Assembly: GCA_040285855.1 (NCBI GenBank)
Contig: JAUFOQ010000002.1
Coordinates: 2,976,001-3,040,000, forward strand
DNA: 64,000 nt
Direction: 5' to 3'
Source of the DNA: Eukaryota sp. GEM-RC1
Taxonomy: Eukaryota
Shown here: piece by piece, positions 12,012-23,962 of the stretch
Layout: every line of letters starts with the position of its first letter
Position numbering within the stretch: position 1 is the first letter of the stretch
The notes under the pieces: generated by a model
Databases searched by the model: none
Seen by the model: the letters and a program-made list of their open reading frames with translations, nothing else
Told to the model about the DNA's origin: nothing
Translations under genes and position numbers: made by a program

Positions 12012-14134
12012 CTATTTGACAAAAAACCATTCAGTTTCCGATCTTTTCTTAACCCAAGCTTGAAAAATGAAATTGACTTCACCAGAAATACATTGTGAAA
12101 ACACCTCACATAATTGAGAATGAAATCCAAACCTCACCTTAATTTCACTAACAACAGAATCTAATTCATCTGGTAAAACAAATGATAAATAAAAGACCAT
12201 CTGCCTAAAAGCATAAGCTGCGTTTTTGTAATTAGATCCATTGGGGTTACTCTTGGACAATCTGGCAATGAAATCAGCACATTGTTTAGCCAATTGACCA
12301 AACAATAAGCAATTTTTAAGGCCAAGTTCAGAGATAACCTCATATAGATTCATTGTTGTTAAGATATACATTTGTTCAATAATTCTGGCATTTTGAGTTA
12401 TTTGATAGCCAACAGGTCGTCCTGCTCTCTTAACACAATAATGATAAAACTCTTTCCCACTGTTCAACTCATCTATTTCAGCACAATCAAGGTTGTAGTA
12501 ATTGGCATATAGAGTGTCCTTCATTCAAACTTTCTTGGCCAAAGTAAGGAAATATTCACAAAAGTTATGTTCAAAAATATCAATGGCCAGTTCTGGTACT
12601 AGTGTCAATTTAGTAGAGTTAAATTCATATTCTTTCATTGCAGATATAAGCTTATTAGGCATTTGAACATGACAAAAAGGTTAAAATACACTTCAAAGAG
12701 GGTTTTGCCAATCTTCTCCATAACTTTCTTTCGTTCATCCATAACTTCTTTTGTTAGAAGCTGTTTAAGCAAACTATCGACCCATGGAACTTCCTTGTAG
12801 TGAACTTGTGATTGTAGATCAAGTAAAAGAAGAGATCGACGTCGGAAGAAAGCTAGAAGGAGTTGAAAAGCCACATATCTGACTCTTTCATCTGGAATTG
12901 AAGAAACTAGCCCAAATACAGTGAATTTTCTACTCATCTCTGCAAGAATCTCAGCTGAGCGAATTTGACACTTTCCTTCAGCAACTTCAGTTAAAGTGAA
13001 TAATCGAGCACGCTGAATTACACGAGAATATTTAGGGCACGTGATCCTACCAAGAAACACGTCAACATCTTCTGCATTGATTCCTAGTGAGCAGTTATAA
13101 CTCTTTAAAAGATCCAAAACGACAACTCTTTCATCCTCAAATCTCTGTACCATATCAACTATATACTGTTGCTTCGCCCTCAATGTTAAAGTCTGTTCTG
13201 ATCCCGGTAGTCCTCTTTTTTTCTTAATTCCATTCAATTGTGACAATATAACACGACTATCTCTAGCATTAGGATTCTTTCCCTTAGTAAAGAAGTTTAT
13301 GGCAGCATTCATGATGATGTGATAGCCTTTGCTTAAACGTTTACACTGTTTTTGTTCATTTGATAACTGGTGATATTGAGATTGAAATAATTCAAACCGT
13401 TCTCGGGAGATATCGTCTAAATTGGTAAAGGGTTTGTTGTTGTCCATTGTAAGGATGGTTAGTTCTACAAGGAGATCGATGACAGGAAGAACGTCAGAGA
13501 CAGCTGCTGCATGTTTCTTTACAGATCTACGGAGCCGGAGCCGATTGACTTCAGAAATAGCTCCAGCGATGTCGATTACAGCAGTTTGAGGTACAGAAGT
13601 ATCAATAGAAGAAGCACCAGTTGGTTGAGGAAAGAAACGGAGGAGAGAGAAGAAAGGCGAAATGTCTTTGAGGATTGAATTAGCTTGTGACGTTAGCTTC
13701 TGATCCTTGAAGTAAGAATACACCAATAAGGCCCCTTCTTCAGTGGTTGGACACTGGAAAGATGACTGGGAAATTAACGATTGCAGCTCCAAATGGCCCT
13801 GATCTGTCAAAAAATATGAGTTAGCCAAGTGACGAACAGCAGCAGCATCTAGAGAGTCAAAGGGTTGGCTGTTTTCTAGCAAGGTATGAAGTTTCATTGC
13901 ATAGAGGCGTTCGTGGTTCATTATCGGACCTCCTGCAGCCAGAGAGCCAGAGACAAATCCTCCGTATATCACCTGAGGTGTTATCCAGGTCCTCAAAGAT
14001 AAGGGATTACGAGATCCAACTGTGATGTTACCTCTAAGAACTCCTTTTATAGCTGATGCAAACTCTTCCGCTTTCATAGAAGCACCTGATTTCTGACTCC
14101 TTAGATAATTGGAGTACAAAAACAGAACAGACAT
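12012..14134 (-). CDS. Uncharacterised protein resembling a bacterial conserved-hypothetical family (ORFs 12635..14134 and 12012..12524; start uncertain)
   Basis: Blocks VGSRNP..WIT..GGFVSG..AAGGP, RRRSLLLLDLQSQV..EVPWV, bridging frame MPNKL..VPELAIDIF, then LYANYY, IEQMYILTT, KNAAYAFRQMVFYLS. Confidence 0.6.
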
Positions 14135-14754
14135 CTCTGGTTATCGAGTGATTGAAAAGATTGAAAATCCCTTCCGAGTCTGTTCCAATTGAAATCGTTC
14201 ATCTATGGTCAACACTTTGCAACGTAGATGGATGGAGCTTTGTCTAATACAAGGTCTAAAATATATATACGTAAAAAACTGAGAACATGTGTGTAGGAGA
14301 AAGTAATTGAGTTCTGTTGGAGTAACCATACTGTAGTTTAGTTTCTTGGTTGATTGCTACATATGAGTTGATAAAGTGATGATGAAAGTGTGTGCAAAAC
14401 CCAGAATTCTGTCCTAGATAGTTCACATTGTCCGGTTTCAACAATCCATGATATACATAACAGCAATCTAGATGGAAGCATGAGTACTGAATCAACAATT
14501 GAATCCTATAGAAATTCCTTGATTTTTGGCTCTGCAAGACGTCAAGGTGCCGGTAACTCAAGTGTCCAAATCACTTTGCAGGAAGAAGGAGTTAACTTTG
14601 TTAGACAAAACAACTTGTCATTGTTTGTTAGCGATGACATGTGATTATCTCTTTCCGATTCTTGAGAAATCTGTTGACTTTTGTTACAGTACAAAACTTT
14701 CCTAAAAGAAATTTTCAGTTCTACATTTTTTGTTCTTCCTTCCAGATTTGTCTA

Positions 14755-15069
14755 ATGATGATTGCATCTGCCGATCCCCTGATAAGCGCTGTAAGTGAGC
14801 TGTGGAAAACCTTTCGTTCAAAAAGAAGCCCTGACCTGCTCGAAGTGAGGATTCATTGTCTGTACATCCGATCATTAGCTTGGACCAATATGAAACAATA
14901 CAAAAAGCTGTGCATTTACGTCAATACCCTGAAGTGTGTGAAGTATCCGCGTAAAGAGGAAGCATTGTCTGTTATCCGGTCGGAACTTCTGGACCCAAAG
15001 TCTGCTAAACTGTCGCCGTATGAATACGAGCTTATCAGCGATATGGTGTTCCGATCGAGAGCTTACTGA
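14755..15069 (+). CDS. Small hypothetical protein
   Basis: ATG-initiated ORF of about 104 codons, more GC-rich than its flanks. No motif recognised. Confidence 0.3.
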   Translation: MMIASADPLISAVSELWKTFRSKRSPDLLEVRIHCLYIRSLAWTNMKQYKKLCIYVNTLKCVKYPRKEEALSVIRSELLDPKSAKLSPYEYELISDMVFRSRAY

Positions 15070-15691
15070 GTTCACGCTTAGCCTCAACCGTTTACCGAAT
15101 GGTTGCTTTCTTGTTTTTTTCCGTGTACATTACGTTTTCCTTGTATAAAAGATCTTGGTTTTATGACGATTTTGATCTTCAACATCCCCCAATGATTGTT
15201 CCACGATAAGAATGTCTGGAATCAAAAATTCAGTTCCTCAACCTTCATCTACTTCTAGTAGTGTCTAATCCATTCTGTACTTCTAGCATCACGGATTCTA
15301 CATGTAGATAATTGTTCGTAACTTATCGTGATTCAATGTGATTCAGTAGAGCATGGTTTGCTGCTTCGACAACACAATCATGGTCGATACCGACGTTCAC
15401 AGTTTGTGTACAACAATTCGCAGAAACCCTATCCTGATGCCCTATCCTTTAAGTAACAAGCCACTGCCACATCAACCCATATCGTAGAACCCATATTACA
15501 ATTGTAGTACTCTGTCTTGCTGTTATTGAGACACTATCCACATTCATGTGTGAAAAACTAATGGCGAAGCAGTACAATGCAGTTTTATCACGTAGACAAC
15601 TTTGGCTTCAACCAACAACCACCACCTTAGATACGATGGATGATGTTTCTCGATCTTTTTCGAGTCTCATTTTTTCCATCTTTTTTTGAAA

Positions 15692-16611
15692 ATGCACACA
15701 CACACTACTGACACCACTGTTTTCAAATCTACTGTTGGCAACCTTCATTATCAAGTTCTATCTGTGAATGATCCGGACAATTCATCTCCTCGTTTCGTCT
15801 GTGTCGCGGGATTGAATCAAAATATGAGCTTCTGGAAACCTATTATGGAACATCATCTCACTATCCCTGCCCATGTACTTGTCTTCGACAATCTCTGTGT
15901 AGGCCAAAGCGATTCTGTTTCTTTTTTTGTTTCAACTACTACTACATTCGCATCAGCTATTCTTGAACTTTTAGATCATCTTGAATGGACTTCAAACCTA
16001 TCTATCATTGGCCATTCTCTAGGTGGAATGATATCCCTACGCTGTGTTCTCATGAGCATCCCCACAAACCCAGATCGCTTCTCTCACGTTATACTATGTT
16101 CAACTCGTGGTCCTTTCGAACTACCACCTGTCTCCACCGCCTTCCGTTCCATCCGCTACCGCTGTAAATACCCAACACTAATTGTCCGTCAAATCCTTCG
16201 CTTTGGTGACCATTCTGACTTCTGGAGAAGTCCGTGTGACTGGGATCCTTCCATGACCAACGCAGAGTACTACGCTCAACAAAGCGTCCTAGCGAAAGAA
16301 GGTTCTAGTCATTCAATTAGCTCACTGTTGAAACAAACTGTAGCTGCCGTAGTCCATCACGTTAGTATGTCTTGTTATCCTTTCTAATTGTAGATGACAA
16401 TGAACTAAACCAACTGCGGGAGTCGAAAGCTAAGTTTCTGGTAATGACAGGAGAACAGGACTTCTACGTGAAACTTCAGTGTTCTGATATACTTCGGGAG
16501 AAGTTGAATGCAGAAATGGTTAGAATGGGTGGAGGACATTGCTTTGTACAGGAGAAGCCCAGAGAGTTACTAGCAAAGGTTCAAGAGTTTATAGTAAGTG
16601 AACCTATGTGA
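15692..16611 (+). CDS. Alpha/beta hydrolase with one 29-nt intron (16365-16393)
   Basis: VFDNLCVGQS, nucleophile elbow GHSLGG, GEQD, GGHCF. Splicing GTATGT...CTAATTGTAG joins the two ORFs in frame. Confidence 0.85.
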
Positions 16612-16914
16612 TGATTGGCGAATGCTAGTGGTTTTTGTACATTTTTTTCATCAAATTATTCGGGTTTTTTAAAAACTGTAAATTCTACAAGAAGTTTTCG
16701 CATAACCAAGTGTTTAATTAAGGCGTTTCTCTATTCTTTGGAAACAGTAGTATTTACAATTAATCAGATTGTTGGATATGCATTTATCAGTTCTAATGTC
16801 AAGGAATCGTTCAATGGTAGTAATAAATTACTCATTTATAAATTGAATTCATGACACCAACTACCATCGTGACCACCTACAAAAAAACACACATCACAAA
16901 TATTTGAAAACACT

Positions 16915-18348
16915 TCATCCCCACCTAAAATGGAAGGTCTGACCTCCACCTCCAAAGGGATTGCCTTGTCTAAATTGAGTACCACCAAACGGATTCCCTC
17001 CACCAAACGGATTCCCTCCAAAACCTCCAGGATTAGCTCGAGCATCATCATATTCCTTTCTCCTCTCAACATCTCCAATAACCGAATATGCTTCAGACAG
17101 CTCTTGATACTCCTTTTCCGCTTCCGACCGTCTCTTCTCATCATCAATCTTGTCTGGATGTAGTTCAACAGCCTTCTTCTTATAAGCTTTTCTTATTTCT
17201 GACTGGGTGGCATCCTTTTCGACTCCTAAAACCTTGTAGTAGTCAGTGTCTCCATAGGAAGAACTAGAAGCCTGGCGTTGTTGTTGAGCGTGGGAAAGAC
17301 GTTGTCGGATAGACATATTCATAGGATCTTGATTAAGAGCTGCTTGTAAGGTCTCAACCATTTTTGATTGATCTCCAACTATATCATAAGCATCAGCCAG
17401 TTTAATCAAATTATCAACTGTAGAGTCGAAGTCGACTAATTTCGAACATGAGTCGACAGCTTCCTGACCGTTACTCATTCCCAAATGAGCATCACACGTC
17501 AGCGATTGCAGACGATCTAAAACTGATTGCGGTGGGTTAGGATCAATCACAAGCAACGTCGACTTCTTTTCTAACAGTGATTGCCAATTTTTCGAGTCAT
17601 AATCATTCTGAGCTCCCGCCATTACTTTATTTATCTTCTTACTTTTCTTATACAATTCTTTCAATGGCTTGTTATCAGGATCACGTTGCAGAGCTTTCCT
17701 TAGCACAACAATAAGATTTTCAAATTGACCAAGATTATACATTGCTTTAGATTCGAGCAGAATTGCCGTGTCTTCTTTAGTAAAACCGATTTTCAAGAGT
17801 TTTCCCGTATAGTCAAGCGCTTTCTCGTATTTTCTAGCTGCTAGAAGCTTTTCAACAAGAATCTGGATGACCTCAGAGTCAAACTCCACCTCTTTAAGAT
17901 ATCCTTTTATCTTGTCCAGGGACTTTGTGGTAAGAATGGATGTCTGGGTTTTCTCAAAGGAACGTACTTTCGCAAGTGGATAAGCAGATTGTAGGTCTGT
18001 TTTTGCATGGGGATGAGAGAGAGAGGAAATGAAGGAGGAATATTCTGAGAAGAAGCCACTCTTTACCAAGAGCTTTCCCTTTCGGATGGCAGCATTCTTG
18101 TGAAGTGGGTCCAAGGAGAGAGCTGCTGAGTAGTCTGCAAGAGCAAGGGAAATTCGAGTCTGGGACATGTAGACAGTACCTCGTTTGACAAAGACAGTTG
18201 CAGATGGATGTTCGTCTAAAGCCTGTGAATAATGGTTGAGTGCTGTTGTGAATGCACCAAGACGGAAGGCTTTATCACCGTCTTCTACATGATCACACAC
18301 AGCTAACAGTGAAAGACAGAACAGGAGTAGTAGTATAGGTTTAAACAT
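16915..18348 (-). CDS. DNAJC3: DnaJC3/P58IPK-like TPR + J-domain co-chaperone
   Basis: Signal peptide MFKPILLLLFCLSLLAVC, TPR repeats, DYYKVLGV...HPDK, G/F-rich tail. Confidence 0.85.
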   Translation of the reverse strand: MFKPILLLLFCLSLLAVCDHVEDGDKAFRLGAFTTALNHYSQALDEHPSATVFVKRGTVYMSQTRISLALADYSAALSLDPLHKNAAIRKGKLLVKSGFFSEYSSFISSLSHPHAKTDLQSAYPLAKVRSFEKTQTSILTTKSLDKIKGYLKEVEFDSEVIQILVEKLLAARKYEKALDYTGKLLKIGFTKEDTAILLESKAMYNLGQFENLIVVLRKALQRDPDNKPLKELYKKSKKINKVMAGAQNDYDSKNWQSLLEKKSTLLVIDPNPPQSVLDRLQSLTCDAHLGMSNGQEAVDSCSKLVDFDSTVDNLIKLADAYDIVGDQSKMVETLQAALNQDPMNMSIRQRLSHAQQQRQASSSSYGDTDYYKVLGVEKDATQSEIRKAYKKKAVELHPDKIDDEKRRSEAEKEYQELSEAYSVIGDVERRKEYDDARANPGGFGGNPFGGGNPFGGTQFRQGNPFGGGGQTFHFRWG

Positions 18349-18535
18349 TGTTTGAAAACTGCCGTCGAATTTTTTCTTCAACTGCACACGTGTCGCAACG
18401 TGGCAGAGACATATGGTTTATCTACAGTAGTTCTTTATCACTATGTCCAGACTATTTTCTCTCGGTCATTAGATTTATTACTACTATTTTGTTTAGTTGA
18501 ATCATGTACAAATTTAATCTCATTGTCTTTTTTCC

Positions 18536-20863
18536 ATGACAAAGACTTCATCGATACTTGATTTGCATTTAACGGATGTTGTCGCAGCAGACCGTGTTCC
18601 TGATGGCGGCTCAAATCTCATAGCTTCTCTTAATGACTTTACGGCTTTTGTTCTCAAGCAAAAGATATTTGTGGCTTACACACAACAAAGTCTCCAACTT
18701 CAGACTAAAATCAAGGACTTTCAGGGATCTATCATTGATGTAGTTCTCCTCAATGGATCACAGCCTGATTCTTGTATCTTATGTTTCACTACTGATACCT
18801 GTCATCTGCACATTTACCAGATCAACAAAGGACAAGCTCCATCTAAAGCAAAGAAATCCAAGCTTAACAAACTTACTCTGATAGCCACCTGTTTGTATTC
18901 CTTCAATACATCTTCTGAACTTCAATCATCTTTACGTCTTCTTACTAGAACCTTTCTTCAAGTTAGTGATACTGGTTCTCTTTGGTTGTTCTCTGGTTCT
19001 TTCTTGTTTAAGCTTGATGTCATCAGTCTCATTTCCACTAGTGCTTCCACTAGTGGAGAATCACCTCTTCCTTTGTGTCGTTTTCCATCTACACTTGAAT
19101 CTGCTACTTCCCCTGTACTTTCTCGATTCCACTGTCCTTCTACCATTCAGTCTGTCTGCTATTGTCCAACTTCTTCTTTGATCACGATTACAAGCTCGTC
19201 TGATGGTGTTTTCCTTTTAAATTGTACTCTTGAAGTTGTTCAGCAGCTACCTTCGATCAATTCACTTTCCGTTCTACAAATAAATCACTCCACGTTCCTG
19301 TCAGTTAATCACTCTTCGATTGAGCTCTTATATGTTACAATCGATTCAATCTCACTGATTTCTCAGCATTCCATCAATTTTGATTACAATCATCTTTCGA
19401 TTGATTCTAGAGATGACGTTGTTTTACTCTCAGACAATGACCAATGTCTTTTTCTTGGTCTTTCTGACAGTCGTATTGTTTCTGATTTGGTGTTTAACAA
19501 TGATGGCCGTCGACTATTCGTTGGTCCTGCAGCTAAAAAAAGATGATGGTTTTTACTTTTATTGTGTTATTGAAAAACCAACAGATCACGGTATCATTAT
19601 TTCAAAGTGTTGTTTACCTTTATCCTCGTTGTTTGATGACGTGACGGTGGCTGATGACGTGGCAGTTGATGACGTGACGGTGGCTGATGACGTGGCAGAT
19701 GTTGACGTGGACACCAAAGACGTCCACCAAATGAACGAATGTGGAGGAAATGTTGTTGAATACAGTGTGTCCAATGATGACGTGATTGGTGACGTGTCAA
19801 TGGGCGGTGCTGACGTCATGGTTGACATTATTACTAATCGTCTTGCACAACACCTTCCTAATTTAATTGAATCAGCCATCGTCCAATCAGTCAGTCGCGG
19901 TCTCAATCAAACCCTTCCCCCAATCACTCAATCAATGTCGTCAATCACTCAATCACTTTCCAGTGCCACGTCACGGACCACAGCCCTATCACGTACCCTC
20001 ACGTCACATATTGAGGCTTTGACTGCTAACATTAAGATTTTCTATGCCCATTTAAATACTAGTACTGCTGAGCTGGCACAGGATCTAAAACCCAAGCTGT
20101 CTAAAATTGTTTCCAAATACTGCGTTGGAATTCCAATCTTCCTTGTGTTCCACTTGTCTTGACAATTTTAGTTCTTTTCTTTCTGATCACCTCATCCCCA
20201 CGTTGAATGATTGCTTTAAGGATCAGTTAATAGAGATCACTGATTTAATGAAGCAGGCAAGTGGTAGTTTAACTATGGAAAGTGCTTCTTTTGATTGTGA
20301 TTATGGGAGTCAAATGAGTGAAGTTATTACTGGAGTTAGCAAGCTCAAGAGTTTGATTGGGAATGTTTCTGGAAGGGATCATAATGCCGATTGTTTCCAG
20401 TCAAATAATGGAAAAAATTTGTGATTTGAATTCTAAAGTTGATGAGATCAACTGTCAAAGTACAATCGGTCATAATGATGATGCCATACTACTGCTACTT
20501 CTTTCCAAAAGTGATTACAAACAGATATTTGAGTTAATTGTGTCTCAAAACTCACTGGAAAGTGCACAAAAGTTATTCGAAACTGTTCTGTCTAATACGC
20601 CCTCCATAATGCCCATTGTGAGGTCTTTAGATATGGAAACTATTTACCATTTACTTAACTTGTTAGCTAATATTCTACCTACAACTAGTTATCTTGATCC
20701 AGCGCTTAAGTTTACCAGTAGTTGTTTGGCCAAGGTGAGTACTAATGGAGAAGTCGATGAAGAGCTCAAGTTGATGATGATTGCCATTGATCACGTTATT
20801 GATTGTTTGGATCATGAGAATGTAGCTGATGTGAAGTTTTGGTTGGACGATTTACTGAATTAA
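18536..20863 (+). CDS. Large frameshifted gene, possibly EDC4/Varicose-like (beta-propeller, low-complexity linker, helical C-terminus)
   Basis: Four overlapping same-strand ORFs. The architecture and C-terminal helices loosely resemble the EDC4 C-terminal domain. Confidence 0.35.
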
Positions 20864-21179
20864 TTTGAAGTTTTGATCAATTGTAAATGTGATTATTTGT
20901 CTTGAAACAGTCGTGCCTTACGCTATAACGATAATATTTGGACCAATCAAACTCAGAGTGTGTATTACATTTAAGTTGTTTTTTACATTTAAGTTGTTAA
21001 TACACATTGGTGTACTGTGTTTTTGATATATTTTTACTGAAAATACAGTGAACTCTCTAAAATTACACGTCTTTTCTTTGCACACACACAATGTACAACC
21101 GTCTCATGTTCTAATTGCAACATTGCAGATAATAAATGCTCTACATCTACATCTGCTCTTGAACTACTACTACACAATT

Positions 21180-21395
21180 TGTCTAGTGTACCATTCAAAT
21201 ACTTTGGGAAACTTCTATACAAATGCGAGTGCGCCAAAGAGTGTGATTAAAATTTTCCCTATGATCACGGCACAATTTTGAAAAGACATCGAAGAAGTTT
21301 TCGGCAGCACTTCCAATATTACCAAGAATTGATATAGCAAAAGGAAGGAAGGCAAGCTGGACTTTGAGGATATTGATTATTAGATGTATATACAC
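21180..21395 (-). pseudogene. Fragment of the C-terminus of an RLE-type (CRE-like) non-LTR retrotransposon
   Basis: FLPFAISILGNIGSAAENFF..LC..W.TRI aligns by eye with 39978-40520. Confidence 0.6.
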
Positions 21396-22992
21396 TGTAG
21401 TGTTGTTGTCAATTAATTTTGTTTGGCTAAAAAGAACATGAGATTAGAAATGAAATGTGACGATGCGTCAGCTAAATTGCTGAATCTACTGAAAGTAAGC
21501 AACTACATTGTACTATGCACATTCAGTAAAACTTTTTATTGGTTTAAGTTCTGTTTTCGTAATGATTTTGATTTTGCGCAAATGTTTAACAGCAATTTTC
21601 ATTCAGCCATAATTGTATGATGATGAAAAGACGTTCGTATCTTCTTTGTTGATATGGTAAATAAAAAGCGTTTTTTGCTAATTTGGAAAATCAGTATTGG
21701 TTGATGATCTGAAAAGCTCCATTAATTCTTAGAAATTTCAATTAGAAAAATGCTTCTAGACGATTCAATTGCTGATTGTTGTTACACTGATATTGAGTTT
21801 GAGTTTCTGTTCGAACTCTATTTTTATATATCCAGTAAAGTTCTTCTTCTACTTAAGTCTTGAGATCAATAGTTTCAGGGAAATGTCGCAATTGAACCGT
21901 GATTTAAGTAACTACTCAATTTTTCTGAAGAACCGCAATGTTTGTATGGTTATTAAATCGTTCCATGTCATTTGACTTATCATTTACCTTTGCACTGAAA
22001 CTGTGGATTAGTGTGTATCACACGGGTCCTGTTATTACAGGTTATCTGCTGTTGGATAAATTTGATTACTATTGGATAGAGCCGATTGTTTCTCAAGTAA
22101 TTTATGCAATTAAACAGCAGTTAGAAGAAGTAAATATTATACTGGTCTGTCAAACTAGTTCCACTAAATTTTTAAATTTACCTCTAATTATTCCCAGAAA
22201 GCTGCAAACTGAATCTATTCTACCAACTTTTTTCATTTTTTTGATTGTTTTTGATGATAATATATCAATGAATCACCTTCATATCAGACTTGGATATTTC
22301 TGAAGAAAAGTATAGTAATACGTGAGACTTCGAAACATAATGTAGTGTAACATGGCTGTACCGTTTTGTGCTTTTCACGAAATTCTTGGGGAATAATCTG
22401 AGCATGGAATTGTATGTATGATCAATAGTTGTATTTTAGAATCAACAGTAAGAGACATCACATGTTTAGAATTGGACATACTAGTACTATGGTTTTTGGA
22501 TGTTGTTGGTTCAATATCAACTATCGTGAAGTAAACCAAAACATGTCACTTTTTCGAATTGTCAGACCTTCATTCTACGCAAAATATTGCACTATGTTAT
22601 CTTGCACAACATCCACTTACCAATATTTCCACAGACGACAATTATACAAACTTGTAAGATCGGGCTATAATGATAATGGAAAAAAAGAAAACCACAGTAA
22701 TGTTTCAAAGAAAACAATATTCTCAAAATCTCTATTGGATAGGAAAGCAGAAATGTTCTGTTCTTAATAAAGTCACCTTCACCTTCTAGTTGTTGTCCTG
22801 AAAGAAATCATTTCACATTTTTCCACATGAATCAACAGACACCAAGGTAAGCTGTCATCATGTAATCAACGTGTGTATAACAATGTGAAGGTCTCTAGCT
22901 GAACATAAACTACAAATTTGCTATACATAACATTCTTTATTACTACAAAAACACGGCTCCCTTAATTAGACAAAAACACTGGTAAGTGTAAC

Positions 22993-23515
22993 CTATGATA
23001 TACCCATGAACTCTTGCATCTCCTTATTAAGTTCTTCAGTAGACTTTTCAGTTGGGGTGCTTTGTCTCCTGAAGTTCTTACGGGTTGACATTCTGTGCTT
23101 CTTGACTGATACACCGCGAGTCTTATTTCCACGTCCTTTAGTTGAGCCAGGTTTGTCCTGTTGCTTGAGAGTGGAAGAGACACGGGCTGCATCTTTTGAA
23201 GCTTGGCTGCTAGTTCAGAGACTCTTTTGATGGACTTGGCGGCTTCCAGTTCGGCTTTTTCAGTTCTTTGCGAGTGGCTTCAAGAGTTTGAGGAGAAACA
23301 GCAGCTCCGGAGCGTCGAGCTGCTTGCTTAGCCTTCCGACTGACAATACTAGAAGCTTGAGTCTGAAGTTGACGACGATTTCGTCCTCCACGGGTTCCTA
23401 CAGTTCCGCTTTGAGCAGGTGCATTTTGGTTCCGTTGTTGTTGAGATGCAACACGGGTAGACCTACGAGGGGCAGATGTTTGAAGAGTGGGAATGCGTTC
23501 ACTTAAGGAAGACAT
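22993..23515 (-). CDS. CHTOP/UIF-like mRNA export adaptor (two homopolymer frameshifts)
   Basis: N-terminal SLSERI and an Arg/Gly-rich region. Adding one A in each of two A-runs gives a coiled coil ending KSTEELNKEMQEFMGIS*, a UAP56-binding-like motif. Confidence 0.5.
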
Positions 23516-23962
23516 GTAGAGAGAAAACCGTGTTTTTTGAATTTATAAACGTAATAAGTTCCAAAAACTTAGGCCTGATATCTTACAACAGCTGCATCTC
23601 AAACATACACATACAGATGGAACAGATTTATGAGCAAAACTATCTCAGAAGATCTGGTTTTGATACAATTAATCTAAGTGAATACCGAAAAACTACCACC
23701 ATAAAAAAATGCACAGTTGAAGTGGGATGACGAGCAAACACTTTGATCAAATTCTATCGTTAAATCGTATCGTTTTTACTGTTTTTAAAACATTTATCCT
23801 AATCGTCTCCAACGCTTTACTAGCAGTGGGTTCTTTTTGTGATGGACTCAGGACATAATCAGTCGCACTTCAGCAATTCTGACAGTGTACAGGACAAATT
23901 TTGTAGTGAGACTGATTACTGCTACTAGTGCATGTGTACATTGTAGATTCAAGTTTTCTTCA

